Positions 47,665 through 55,904 of a DNA stretch of 64,000 nt are shown here, piece after piece. The stretch is taken from positions 62,001-126,000 of IMG/VR virus record IMGVR_UViG_3300002835_000029, one strand, 5' to 3'. Position 1 is the first letter of the stretch. The number at the start of each line of letters is the position of its first letter. The notes under the pieces are model-generated. The model was not told where the DNA came from. It made no database searches and saw nothing but the letters and a program-made list of their open reading frames with translations. Source of the DNA: an uncultured virus (IMG/VR IMGVR_UViG_3300002835_000029). Taxonomy: Duplodnaviria > Heunggongvirae > Uroviricota > Caudoviricetes. The position numbers and the translations under genes were made by a program.

Positions 47665-48222
47665 TTAAGAATCTTTGATTCTTACACAGTAGTAAGGATC
47701 TGGGTTGGGGGTTTCTACGCAGTAATAACCATCATCTATTTCTACACAGTAGTATCCATCTACATCAACACAATAATAACCATCGTATAAATCTACACAA
47801 TAATAACAGGGGGGTTCTACATTCAGAGTAAATAAAGTTGAATTTAAGAGTTCTCCATTTATATTGACAGTATTTACATAAGCTTCATATTTATTTTTTG
47901 TTGAATAAAGATAGTCAAAATATAACTTATTGTTATTTATTTTGAAAAAGTCATTATTTACACCAGACACAGACAAATAGAAATCATCACATCCAAAATC
48001 ATTAATACTTATATCAGAAACTTTTATTGATGTAGAAGTTAAAGTATCAGATTTTTCGTGAAAATTTCTAATTTTGCTGTCTGAAACTTGAACACATTCA
48101 TGATAAGAATCTGACAGTGCAAAAAAATCTTCTGCTTGTGGCGGTAGAGTTGTTAATCCCGGCTGAGTATATACAATATATGGAGATGGATTCTTGAAGC
48201 ATGGGTTAAATGGTTTTCCCAT
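47665..48222 (-). CDS. cadherin/Ig-like protein with five YYCV repeats (185 aa)
   Basis: KVSDISIND..LSVSG..DFFKINNNKLYF..KYEAYV resembles a cadherin-like domain; C-terminal YYCV x5. Confidence 0.6.
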   Translation of the reverse strand: MGKPFNPCFKNPSPYIVYTQPGLTTLPPQAEDFFALSDSYHECVQVSDSKIRNFHEKSDTLTSTSIKVSDISINDFGCDDFYLSVSGVNNDFFKINNNKLYFDYLYSTKNKYEAYVNTVNINGELLNSTLFTLNVEPPCYYCVDLYDGYYCVDVDGYYCVEIDDGYYCVETPNPDPYYCVRIKDS

Positions 48223-48233
48223 ATGGAAGCCCT

Positions 48234-51200
48234 TTAATTGTTACAGCATGTGCATGGCGTACTACTTGCACTAATCCAAATGGGTTTATATTCATTATTT
48301 ATCCTAGCAGCTATCACATAAGCTCCAGAATGTATTACTGATGTAGTGTCTCTATTAATAACAAAAATGTCTCCAGAATTTGCCCAATTACTGTCTTTTA
48401 GTATTAAGATGCCGCTAGTCTTAGTAGAGGCATTGGCTGGAGCTTGTAAGCCATCGGGCATGAATCCTTCAATAATAGCACTATTTATTCTTGATATTCC
48501 GCTATTGGCAAGAGATATGCCACTATTTCCAAGTGCTATGCCGCTATTTGCAAGTAAAGTATTTTTGATTATGGGCTTGGAGCTACCAAGATATGTGCCA
48601 TCGCCAAATTGTATATTGCCTTTTAGCTTAAAATTTCCATTTAGCTGTGAATAAGGTTTTGGCTCTTTATTGCTAATGGCATTAGGAGTAACTTCTCCAG
48701 AAAGACCAACGGTTGGAAACCAATATTCATCATTATAATAATTAAGATTATTGAATGTCTTTGGGTAGCCCCAAGTAGCAATATAATCTGATGGTCCAAG
48801 TGAGTCGTGACTTAGAATTAAAAGGTCTGCTGAATTATTTCCAATAAATCTAAAAGTTAAAGTATTATCTGGATAGTTATTGCCGCCACTATCAATAATT
48901 TCTATAACATTAGATTTTAAGCACAAACTATCAGTATCATTAGCATTATTAATGTATAATCTTCCGCCGCTAGGAAGAGTTAATCTTTTATCAGAATTAG
49001 TTGGGCCAAGCTTACCATCTAATAGAACTAAGCCATTATTCCCAACCAAGAAGTTGTGTGAACCACTGTTACTAGCACCAATATTATGACCAATTACTAT
49101 ATTACCACTAGTGTTGGCTAGATCAGAAGTCTTGTTGAATGATTGATTACCAATTATGATATTGCTGGATGTATTAACTAATCCACTGGCAGATGAATCG
49201 CCAATTACAATATTGTTATTTCCTAAGACTAAATCATAAAGGGGGCTGTATCCTATTGCTAGGTTGCCAGAGCCAGATGAAATACTATAAAGTGCTTTGT
49301 AGCCATAGGAAATATTGTTTTTAGCTGCCCCAGTTATAGTTTTTCTGCCAGATGGAGATAAATATCCAGCAAAAGTATTTCCACTTCCATCTGTATAAAT
49401 AGCTCTAGCGTCTACGTTATCAAGTTTATTTACTACTAAATCAGTAGAATTGCCAGAACCATCCATAAAATATAGTGAATTATACTGATCAGCAAATCCT
49501 TTTTCAGCTCTAAAGTTGTATAATTTTCCATACCCAACTGAAGGAGCTACTATAGAATTTCCAACCCATAGATTATCTTTTATGCTTATAACCGGAAGCT
49601 TGGCTGTTCCGCTGTTTCCAATTGTAATAGTTGCATTGATAATTCCACTAGAAAGTATTCCAATCTCTTTGGTGTCTTTCATTCTAATGAAGTTGATAGG
49701 ATTAGAGTCCCTATAAACTGTTACATCGGCAACACCGCTATTGTTTAGATAAGAAATTTCTAAACCGCTAGCCTCACAGTTAGCAGATCCAAGAAGCTGA
49801 ATGGCTGATTTATAATATGCGTTATTTTCAGAAGTAAATCTAGCAATACAATCATTCTTAGATCTGACATTGAAAATAGTGTTTGGTAACACATTTTCTG
49901 TAACTTCTGGTATATTGGTAATAGACATAACAGACCCGCCGGTAGACTCTTTCATAAGAATCATACCGTTAACAAAATTGGGGGTTTTATTATAAGAACC
50001 AATGACTAAACGATCATCAAGATCATTGTTATTAGTGTCATTGATATATTTAAGCTCAAATCCAGAAAGTTTATCTTTGTTAGTCACAACGTCTTTTTGT
50101 CTTGACTTTGTTCCAGATAAGAATCTTTGACTAACGCTCACGCCAGACTCTAACGAAGATATTGAAACACTATAGTTTTGTACTTCCCCAGAGTTGGATA
50201 TAAAATTTACATTTCCTATACCAGCAATATGACCATTTGGCAAGCCGGGATTAACATTTAAAACATTTTTTCTTGATATATATGTTATACCACTATTGAA
50301 GAATAGGCCATAACAGTCACTATCATTAAATGCATCTGAACTATACGAAATTATACTATTAGTTTTTATGTAAGATGAACTTGGAACTTGGAAGCTAATG
50401 TTACTTCTAAATGTAGATTTATCATAACTATCAGTAAAGCATGGCATACCAGAGCTTGGCGGAAAGTAACTTAAAGAATATTCTCTATTGTCAGAAGACT
50501 TTATAAATAATCCGCCACCTAATAAGTTTGCATCAGAATATTGTGGTTGTAAATTAGAGTCTGTTGCTAAATAGATTTTAATACCATTATACACTTGAGT
50601 ATCATTGTATGTTACAGTTCCTATGTTAGCCGTACCGTCAACTGTAAGATTTTGAAAATAACCACGTTTCCATTTATTTGTAGAAGATCCAAGCTCATAG
50701 TGATTATTAATGGGTACAAATAATGATCCACTAACTAGAATTCCGGTTGGACTATATGCACTTATTGAAGAATTATTAGCAAAATTTAAAGAGCTTGAAA
50801 GATATAAACTCTTCCAATTATATAATTGGTGTCCAATGTTTAATACATTATTACCAGAAGGCGTTAAATCGCCACCAACTTGGAGTGCGCCAAATGCGTG
50901 AAGGGTTTTTACTCCAACTCCTAATTGCAAACTAGAAAAATCGCCTTGTAACAATGGTGTCAAGCCGGTTCCATTGGGATTATTGCAGATATAATCTCCG
51001 TCAACAGCGTGATGAGCAATAAATAATTTGTTGCTAGTATTTTTACCAATGTAGTATCCAGCACCATGCCCAATTGCTACATTACCATTTCCAGATTTAT
51101 TGTTATGAAGAGTGTAGCTACCAAGCCCAATATTCAAATTACCAACAGTATTGCCCGCTAACGCATTATAACCTAAAGCAACATTACCCTCTCCATATAT

Positions 51201-51530
51201 ATTGCAAGATAAAGAGTAAGAGCCAACGGCTGTATTTCTAATGCCTTGATAGTTAGATTTTAATACAGAATATCCAATTGCTGTATTGTCTTGACTATTA
51301 TAACCATCTAAATTAATATTCTCTAGAGTTAACTGGCCAAGCTTTGTATTTCCAGATGGAAATGTAGCTAAATTAAGAGATTTTAATTCTTGAGAAAAGG
51401 TAAGGTTATGTACAGAATCTATTATATCTAATAAATTATGTCTAATGTCATAGGGCGATATTTGACCATATGATTGATCAGATATATCACTATTAATATT
51501 ATTTACAAGTTGAGACTTGCTTAATATCAT
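48234..51530 (-). CDS. putative head fibre with YadA-like NxA(I/V/L)G repeats (1098 aa)
   Basis: NTAIGY, NTAVGS, NVALGY, NVAIGH, NLAIGY, NIVIG repeats; N-terminal DQSYGQISPYDIR anchor. Confidence 0.65.
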   Translation of the reverse strand: MILSKSQLVNNINSDISDQSYGQISPYDIRHNLLDIIDSVHNLTFSQELKSLNLATFPSGNTKLGQLTLENINLDGYNSQDNTAIGYSVLKSNYQGIRNTAVGSYSLSCNIYGEGNVALGYNALAGNTVGNLNIGLGSYTLHNNKSGNGNVAIGHGAGYYIGKNTSNKLFIAHHAVDGDYICNNPNGTGLTPLLQGDFSSLQLGVGVKTLHAFGALQVGGDLTPSGNNVLNIGHQLYNWKSLYLSSSLNFANNSSISAYSPTGILVSGSLFVPINNHYELGSSTNKWKRGYFQNLTVDGTANIGTVTYNDTQVYNGIKIYLATDSNLQPQYSDANLLGGGLFIKSSDNREYSLSYFPPSSGMPCFTDSYDKSTFRSNISFQVPSSSYIKTNSIISYSSDAFNDSDCYGLFFNSGITYISRKNVLNVNPGLPNGHIAGIGNVNFISNSGEVQNYSVSISSLESGVSVSQRFLSGTKSRQKDVVTNKDKLSGFELKYINDTNNNDLDDRLVIGSYNKTPNFVNGMILMKESTGGSVMSITNIPEVTENVLPNTIFNVRSKNDCIARFTSENNAYYKSAIQLLGSANCEASGLEISYLNNSGVADVTVYRDSNPINFIRMKDTKEIGILSSGIINATITIGNSGTAKLPVISIKDNLWVGNSIVAPSVGYGKLYNFRAEKGFADQYNSLYFMDGSGNSTDLVVNKLDNVDARAIYTDGSGNTFAGYLSPSGRKTITGAAKNNISYGYKALYSISSGSGNLAIGYSPLYDLVLGNNNIVIGDSSASGLVNTSSNIIIGNQSFNKTSDLANTSGNIVIGHNIGASNSGSHNFLVGNNGLVLLDGKLGPTNSDKRLTLPSGGRLYINNANDTDSLCLKSNVIEIIDSGGNNYPDNTLTFRFIGNNSADLLILSHDSLGPSDYIATWGYPKTFNNLNYYNDEYWFPTVGLSGEVTPNAISNKEPKPYSQLNGNFKLKGNIQFGDGTYLGSSKPIIKNTLLANSGIALGNSGISLANSGISRINSAIIEGFMPDGLQAPANASTKTSGILILKDSNWANSGDIFVINRDTTSVIHSGAYVIAARINNEYKPIWISASSTPCTCCNN

Positions 51531-51545
51531 ATTAAGCTCCAGTTA

Positions 51546-52247
51546 CTATTTTAGGCTTATTTCTAATGAATTAGCATCAAATCTTATATTATCTCCAAGG
51601 TAAACGTATCGCGGATTATTTAACTTAGCATACATTAGAAGATTACCAGAACCAACGGACTCATGATCTAAAATAGCTATGCCAGAAACCCAACCCCACT
51701 CAGTGATAGCAGTATTAAATATCATTTGATTTTTATTTTTAATAAATCCATTACCTTCATATGACTGATAACTTGACTGCACTGAAACACCAGACTGAAA
51801 TATGTTTCCTCCAACTGGAGCAAAGAACATCACAGATGGAAATTCTTTAAATATTATAGACAGACTACTGCCATTACCGCCACCGGCTGTACTATTACTA
51901 TTTGCCGCAGTAGATGTTAAATATAGTGGATAAAAATATCCCGGTGTATTGTCATGTCTGGTTCCAGAGACAGTATAGGCAGTTAGAGTATCTAATCCAA
52001 CAGAATTCCATGCCCTATCACCACTAGTAGCTGGTGGGCCTAAAACAATTCGACTATAATTTGTTGGAACAAAGTTTAAGCCACTCCTTACTCCAGACGG
52101 TAGTTCTGGGATTGTTAACCCAGTGTCGGAATCAAGTGGAACACCGCTAGTTAAGGCAATTGCTATGGTAGAAGGTCTGGGGAAAGCTGTATCTCTAAAT
52201 ATGTGACTCAATAATCCAGACTCAAGATAATCCGATAGTGCGGCCAT
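51546..52247 (-). CDS. conserved virion/fibre-base protein (233 aa)
   Basis: MAALSDYLE..IAL..WGWVSGIAILD..SGNLL..GDNIRF pattern of a widespread phage virion family. Confidence 0.6.
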   Translation of the reverse strand: MAALSDYLESGLLSHIFRDTAFPRPSTIAIALTSGVPLDSDTGLTIPELPSGVRSGLNFVPTNYSRIVLGPPATSGDRAWNSVGLDTLTAYTVSGTRHDNTPGYFYPLYLTSTAANSNSTAGGGNGSSLSIIFKEFPSVMFFAPVGGNIFQSGVSVQSSYQSYEGNGFIKNKNQMIFNTAITEWGWVSGIAILDHESVGSGNLLMYAKLNNPRYVYLGDNIRFDANSLEISLK

Positions 52248-52288
52248 ATTTTTCTCCTATTCATATCCTTGGATAACGTTATCTAAGT

Positions 52289-52298
52289 TATTATACAC
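52289..52298 (-). promoter_or_regulatory. putative late promoter motif GTGTATAATA
   Basis: Abuts the T-tract of the capsid terminator; 41 nt before the ATG at 52247. Confidence 0.6.
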
Positions 52299-52332
52299 AA
52301 AAAAGCCACCCCCAATCGCTTGAGGATGGCTT
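52299..52332 (-). terminator. intrinsic terminator after the major capsid gene
   Basis: AAGCCATCCTCAA-GCGA-TTGGGGGTGGCTT followed by TTTT: 13-bp stem with 2 G-U pairs and a GNRA loop. Confidence 0.85.
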
Positions 52333-52362
52333 GATTGCGACCGATATCTTTAGATATCTAGA

Positions 52363-53373
52363 TTAGAATGAGCCAAGGATCACTCTACGATTATCTAGAA
52401 CACCAAAGCCGAGTTCAGCCCAGCCGTAATAGCCAGCGCGTTGCTGACGATGTAGGGTTGGATCTTCGAATACCTGTAGCTGCTGCTTAACGGGCATTAC
52501 AAAGCTATCATTACTCGACTGATCAAGACCAACTACGAGTTCAACGTCACCGCCTGTTGCTAATGCACCGCCGAGGTCAGTTGAAAAGAAGCTCTGGTAC
52601 TGTTGACCTTCGCCTAGTTCGTCTAGGTCATGTAGGTTAACGCCAAAGATTCTGGTGATAACAGCCGCAGCTGGATCAGCATTATAGATTTCACGACGAG
52701 TAACATCATCAACTTGATCTAGACCCCAGTTACGAATGTCTTCTAAAGCTTCTGGCGATAGATACATATCGGTTAGACGGCCACGACCAACTGATGCCGA
52801 GTTACCACCCGAGTTTCTACGCATAACTGTCTGCATAAGTGATACTAATCTCTTTGAGAATAGACCAGCTGTTGCATCAGCATCATAGACGAGGATGTTA
52901 CGATCAACGCCAGCGGCGAGAAGAGTGTGCCAGCCGTCATCGTTCATCTTCTTGGTGAAACCGGCTTCCATCACCTGCATTGCACGACCAACGATATCCC
53001 ATCTGGCTTCGCGGGCAAAGCGAAGAAGATAGTCAACCGATGAAGCGATTGTGTAGGTGGGAATCATCACGTAGTCGCCTTCGACCGAACGCTCTGGAAT
53101 TCTACCGTGACCGGGATTGGTGTAAGCAACATGCTCACCTTCAAGGCCGGGGGAGATAAGATCAAGAGGGAATTCGGTTGTTGAACCGGCTTCTACATTG
53201 ATGGTTTCGAAAATATTACCGAGTACATTACCGACTAAAACGCCCTTACGGAGTGGGAGTTCTAGTGCTTTGGCAAACTCACGTTGAGCGGCCATAGCCA
53301 CATTGATATCGGCATCCCCTGACTTACGTAGGAGAGCGATAAAATCATCGCTGGGTCTTTCTGTTATTGGCAT
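52363..53373 (-). CDS. major capsid protein (probably HK97 fold, 336 aa)
   Basis: Protease-decoration-capsid synteny; AAGGAG RBS; downstream terminator; C-terminal GYYGWAELGFGVLD strand pattern. Confidence 0.85.
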   Translation of the reverse strand: MPITERPSDDFIALLRKSGDADINVAMAAQREFAKALELPLRKGVLVGNVLGNIFETINVEAGSTTEFPLDLISPGLEGEHVAYTNPGHGRIPERSVEGDYVMIPTYTIASSVDYLLRFAREARWDIVGRAMQVMEAGFTKKMNDDGWHTLLAAGVDRNILVYDADATAGLFSKRLVSLMQTVMRRNSGGNSASVGRGRLTDMYLSPEALEDIRNWGLDQVDDVTRREIYNADPAAAVITRIFGVNLHDLDELGEGQQYQSFFSTDLGGALATGGDVELVVGLDQSSNDSFVMPVKQQLQVFEDPTLHRQQRAGYYGWAELGFGVLDNRRVILGSF

Positions 53374-53398
53374 GTTTAATTCTCCTTGTTTATATTAG

Positions 53399-53845
53399 TC
53401 AGGGAAGGTTTACTTCGACTTTGGCATAACCGTCAGCATCTTTGCTGGTCATGAATCCACCAACAGCATTGCCGCTAGCAACTGTGCTGAAATTTCCAGC
53501 AGTTACTGTGCAGCGATAAGCTGTTGCACCGGCACTAGGTGTTCCAGTGACGCTGTTAGTTACAACATAACCCTTGCGGAGTACTGTAACCTTACCACCC
53601 TTCTGAACTTCATCCTTATACTGATTAAGATGAGTACGGGTTAGATCCTTATTTACTACATCATTTAATAAAACGCCAACTGGAACGCCTGATGTAGCAT
53701 ACTTAACAAGGTTAACACCTTGATCCATAGCTGCACCCGAACCAGCTGTATCATGACATACTACACCGCCGCGAGTTGCTGTCCCGGCATTGTAGAAGAA
53801 ACTGATATCAGTTTGAAGCTCATATCTATCTGCTTTTAGGGCCAT
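53399..53845 (-). CDS. capsid decoration/cement protein (148 aa)
   Basis: Small and G/A/T-rich, PVGVLL..GGKVTVL..G; lies between protease and capsid genes. Confidence 0.7.
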   Translation of the reverse strand: MALKADRYELQTDISFFYNAGTATRGGVVCHDTAGSGAAMDQGVNLVKYATSGVPVGVLLNDVVNKDLTRTHLNQYKDEVQKGGKVTVLRKGYVVTNSVTGTPSAGATAYRCTVTAGNFSTVASGNAVGGFMTSKDADGYAKVEVNLP

Positions 53846-53861
53846 AGTTTTTCTCCTTTTA

Positions 53862-55277
53862 TCACTTATTACGTAAAACGTTGTTTGTTAGCCACTCTGC
53901 CACACTAGCTCTTGTGGCCTCTATTTCTTCACCTTCATCAGAAGCATCTACGAGAGTGGCTTCTGTTGATTTAACTTCTTCAAAAAGTTGAGCAGTTGAC
54001 TCTTCTGCTACTTCAGTCTTTTCTTCTGTAGCAGCGACTTCTGAAGCCATTTCCTTCTTTTCTTCTTTATCTTCTTTCATCATCTTGTCCTTCATTGCTC
54101 CCCACTTCTTCTTCATTGCAGCAACAACAGCTTCAAAAGCTTCGTCACTTAATGCGTCATATAGCGAGAGCGATTCGTCGGCTTCTGCATCTTCAAAACC
54201 GGCCATAACTAATTTTTCTTTACGGCTACGATCTTTTTCCTTTTTCTTCATTTCTTCCATATCCTTGTTCACTGCTGCTAAATCTTTTTGTAAGTTAGCA
54301 ATAGTCTCTTCTAATGTTGTTACCTTTGAAGCATAAGCTTGAATTTCAGTATCTTTAGCAGCTAAAGCGGCCTCTAATTCTGAAGTATTATTTTCAACCT
54401 TGACTTCTTCGGCTACAGCTACAACTTGTACAGCTTCTTCTACCACTGGGGCAGTATCTAGCTGCTTCTCTTCGATGTTTTCTGACATATTAACTTCTCC
54501 TTCTGAAACATTGGAAATAGTTTGTTCTTCATTAACAGAGAAAGCCTTGCTAGAATCAAGAATTATACTTCTAGGATTTGCTGGTCTGGATACTAAACCC
54601 TTACCAGAAAAAGAAATATCTCTCAATAATCTACCAATTTGATAGCCTTCGTATTCTCCGGTTCCACCGTATGCTCTAAGATGTTTTGTTAAAAATGCCG
54701 AGTCTTCACTTCGTGCTATAACCTTGGTTTGACCAGAGGTGTCTTTAACGGAGTAATCAAAACCGGCGAATAAACATTCCATCGAAACGAACCACTTGCC
54801 TTGCTCTATCTCTGATATAATCTTACTCATCCTCTCTCTGTTCTCTGGATTAGTCCAGCTGTTATAAATTACAGCTTCGGTTACGATATCGAACTGAGAT
54901 GGGGCGTCATCATTTTCAGTTGCGCCGATTTTATTGCCATCTTGATCAACAACATAACTTCCAGTGATATGTCCTATGATGTCATTTTCATTATGCATTA
55001 AGTTGAATTGTTTATCTTCTGGGGTACTACGAGCCGCCCAAGTTTGCTGCGGATCGAAAACATCGTCGTTTTTATTCCACCCAGTAGAAACAAGAATTGA
55101 TTTGATATAGTAAAGATCAATTTGATTAGGATTGCTAGAAGCCTTTACTTTATCAATCAATCGCTTAATTGAATTTGTTTCGGTTGTTAACACAGCTTGC
55201 GAACAATAAGCTACAGTCGTATCACTTTTGATACGTTCTGATACTCCGTCAGCTATTTCTTGTGCATATATCTTCAT
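53862..55277 (-). CDS. prohead protease-scaffold fusion (471 aa)
   Basis: NKNDD..FNLMH..IIGHI, VSMEC nucleophile motif and LVSRPANP, followed by a long E/K/A coiled coil. Confidence 0.8.
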   Translation of the reverse strand: MKIYAQEIADGVSERIKSDTTVAYCSQAVLTTETNSIKRLIDKVKASSNPNQIDLYYIKSILVSTGWNKNDDVFDPQQTWAARSTPEDKQFNLMHNENDIIGHITGSYVVDQDGNKIGATENDDAPSQFDIVTEAVIYNSWTNPENRERMSKIISEIEQGKWFVSMECLFAGFDYSVKDTSGQTKVIARSEDSAFLTKHLRAYGGTGEYEGYQIGRLLRDISFSGKGLVSRPANPRSIILDSSKAFSVNEEQTISNVSEGEVNMSENIEEKQLDTAPVVEEAVQVVAVAEEVKVENNTSELEAALAAKDTEIQAYASKVTTLEETIANLQKDLAAVNKDMEEMKKKEKDRSRKEKLVMAGFEDAEADESLSLYDALSDEAFEAVVAAMKKKWGAMKDKMMKEDKEEKKEMASEVAATEEKTEVAEESTAQLFEEVKSTEATLVDASDEGEEIEATRASVAEWLTNNVLRNK

Positions 55278-55302
55278 ATTTTTTCCTTGGTGTCTCTCAA
55301 GA

Positions 55303-55312
55303 TAATATACAC
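55303..55312 (-). promoter_or_regulatory. putative late promoter motif GTGTATATTA
   Basis: Intergenic copy 25 nt before the protease ATG, preceded by TTTTT. Confidence 0.6.
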
Positions 55313-55343
55313 AAAAATCGTATAAACATATTAAATTGATTAC

Positions 55344-55724
55344 TTAACGATCACCAGTTAGTGAGGCATTAAAATCTTGAGGAGTAACCGGCGGGAGGTT
55401 ATCATTATCGATAACTGTTACAGTTCCATCTTCATTCATAGTAAATTGACCAACTAAAGATAATGAATTATATATTGCTTCGGGCTTTATACTAGCAATA
55501 AATTGGCCTAAAGCATAGTGTAATTTAAATACTTCCACGGCGTTTGGTCCAAGGGCTTCAGCAATTTCTGATGGTTTTAATCCATAAGGATTGCTCCAAA
55601 ATAAGACCGTACCATCATTAAAAGAGTCAGTTATTTGATGAAAAGTCTGACGGGCTTGATTAATGATTTGTTTAGCGGACTGTTCTGCTAGGTTTGGCTG
55701 AACGTTACCATCTAAAATACTCAT
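55344..55724 (-). CDS. hypothetical protein, possibly fibre assembly (126 aa)
   Basis: GGAGA RBS; last gene of the fibre cluster. Confidence 0.7.
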   Translation of the reverse strand: MSILDGNVQPNLAEQSAKQIINQARQTFHQITDSFNDGTVLFWSNPYGLKPSEIAEALGPNAVEVFKLHYALGQFIASIKPEAIYNSLSLVGQFTMNEDGTVTVIDNDNLPPVTPQDFNASLTGDR

Positions 55725-55897
55725 ATTATTTCTCCATTATTTATGCTTGATATGTAGTTTATAACAACTTCGTTAACTTCTTCTTGAGTTGGATAATGAT
55801 CAAATTTGAAAAATTGAGTTGAATTTTCATCAATAGCAACTCTCGCCCTATATTTATTCGCGGGATCAAGAAAGACTTCGGTAATAGTATAATTCAT
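55721..55897 (-). CDS. small hypothetical protein (58 aa), absent from the ORF track
   Basis: AGGTG RBS; MNYTITEVFLDPANKYRARVAID...NGEII*; fills the gap exactly and ends in an ATGA overlap. Confidence 0.75.
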   Translation of the reverse strand: MNYTITEVFLDPANKYRARVAIDENSTQFFKFDHYPTQEEVNEVVINYISSINNGEII

Positions 55898-55904
55898 ATT
55901 TCAC

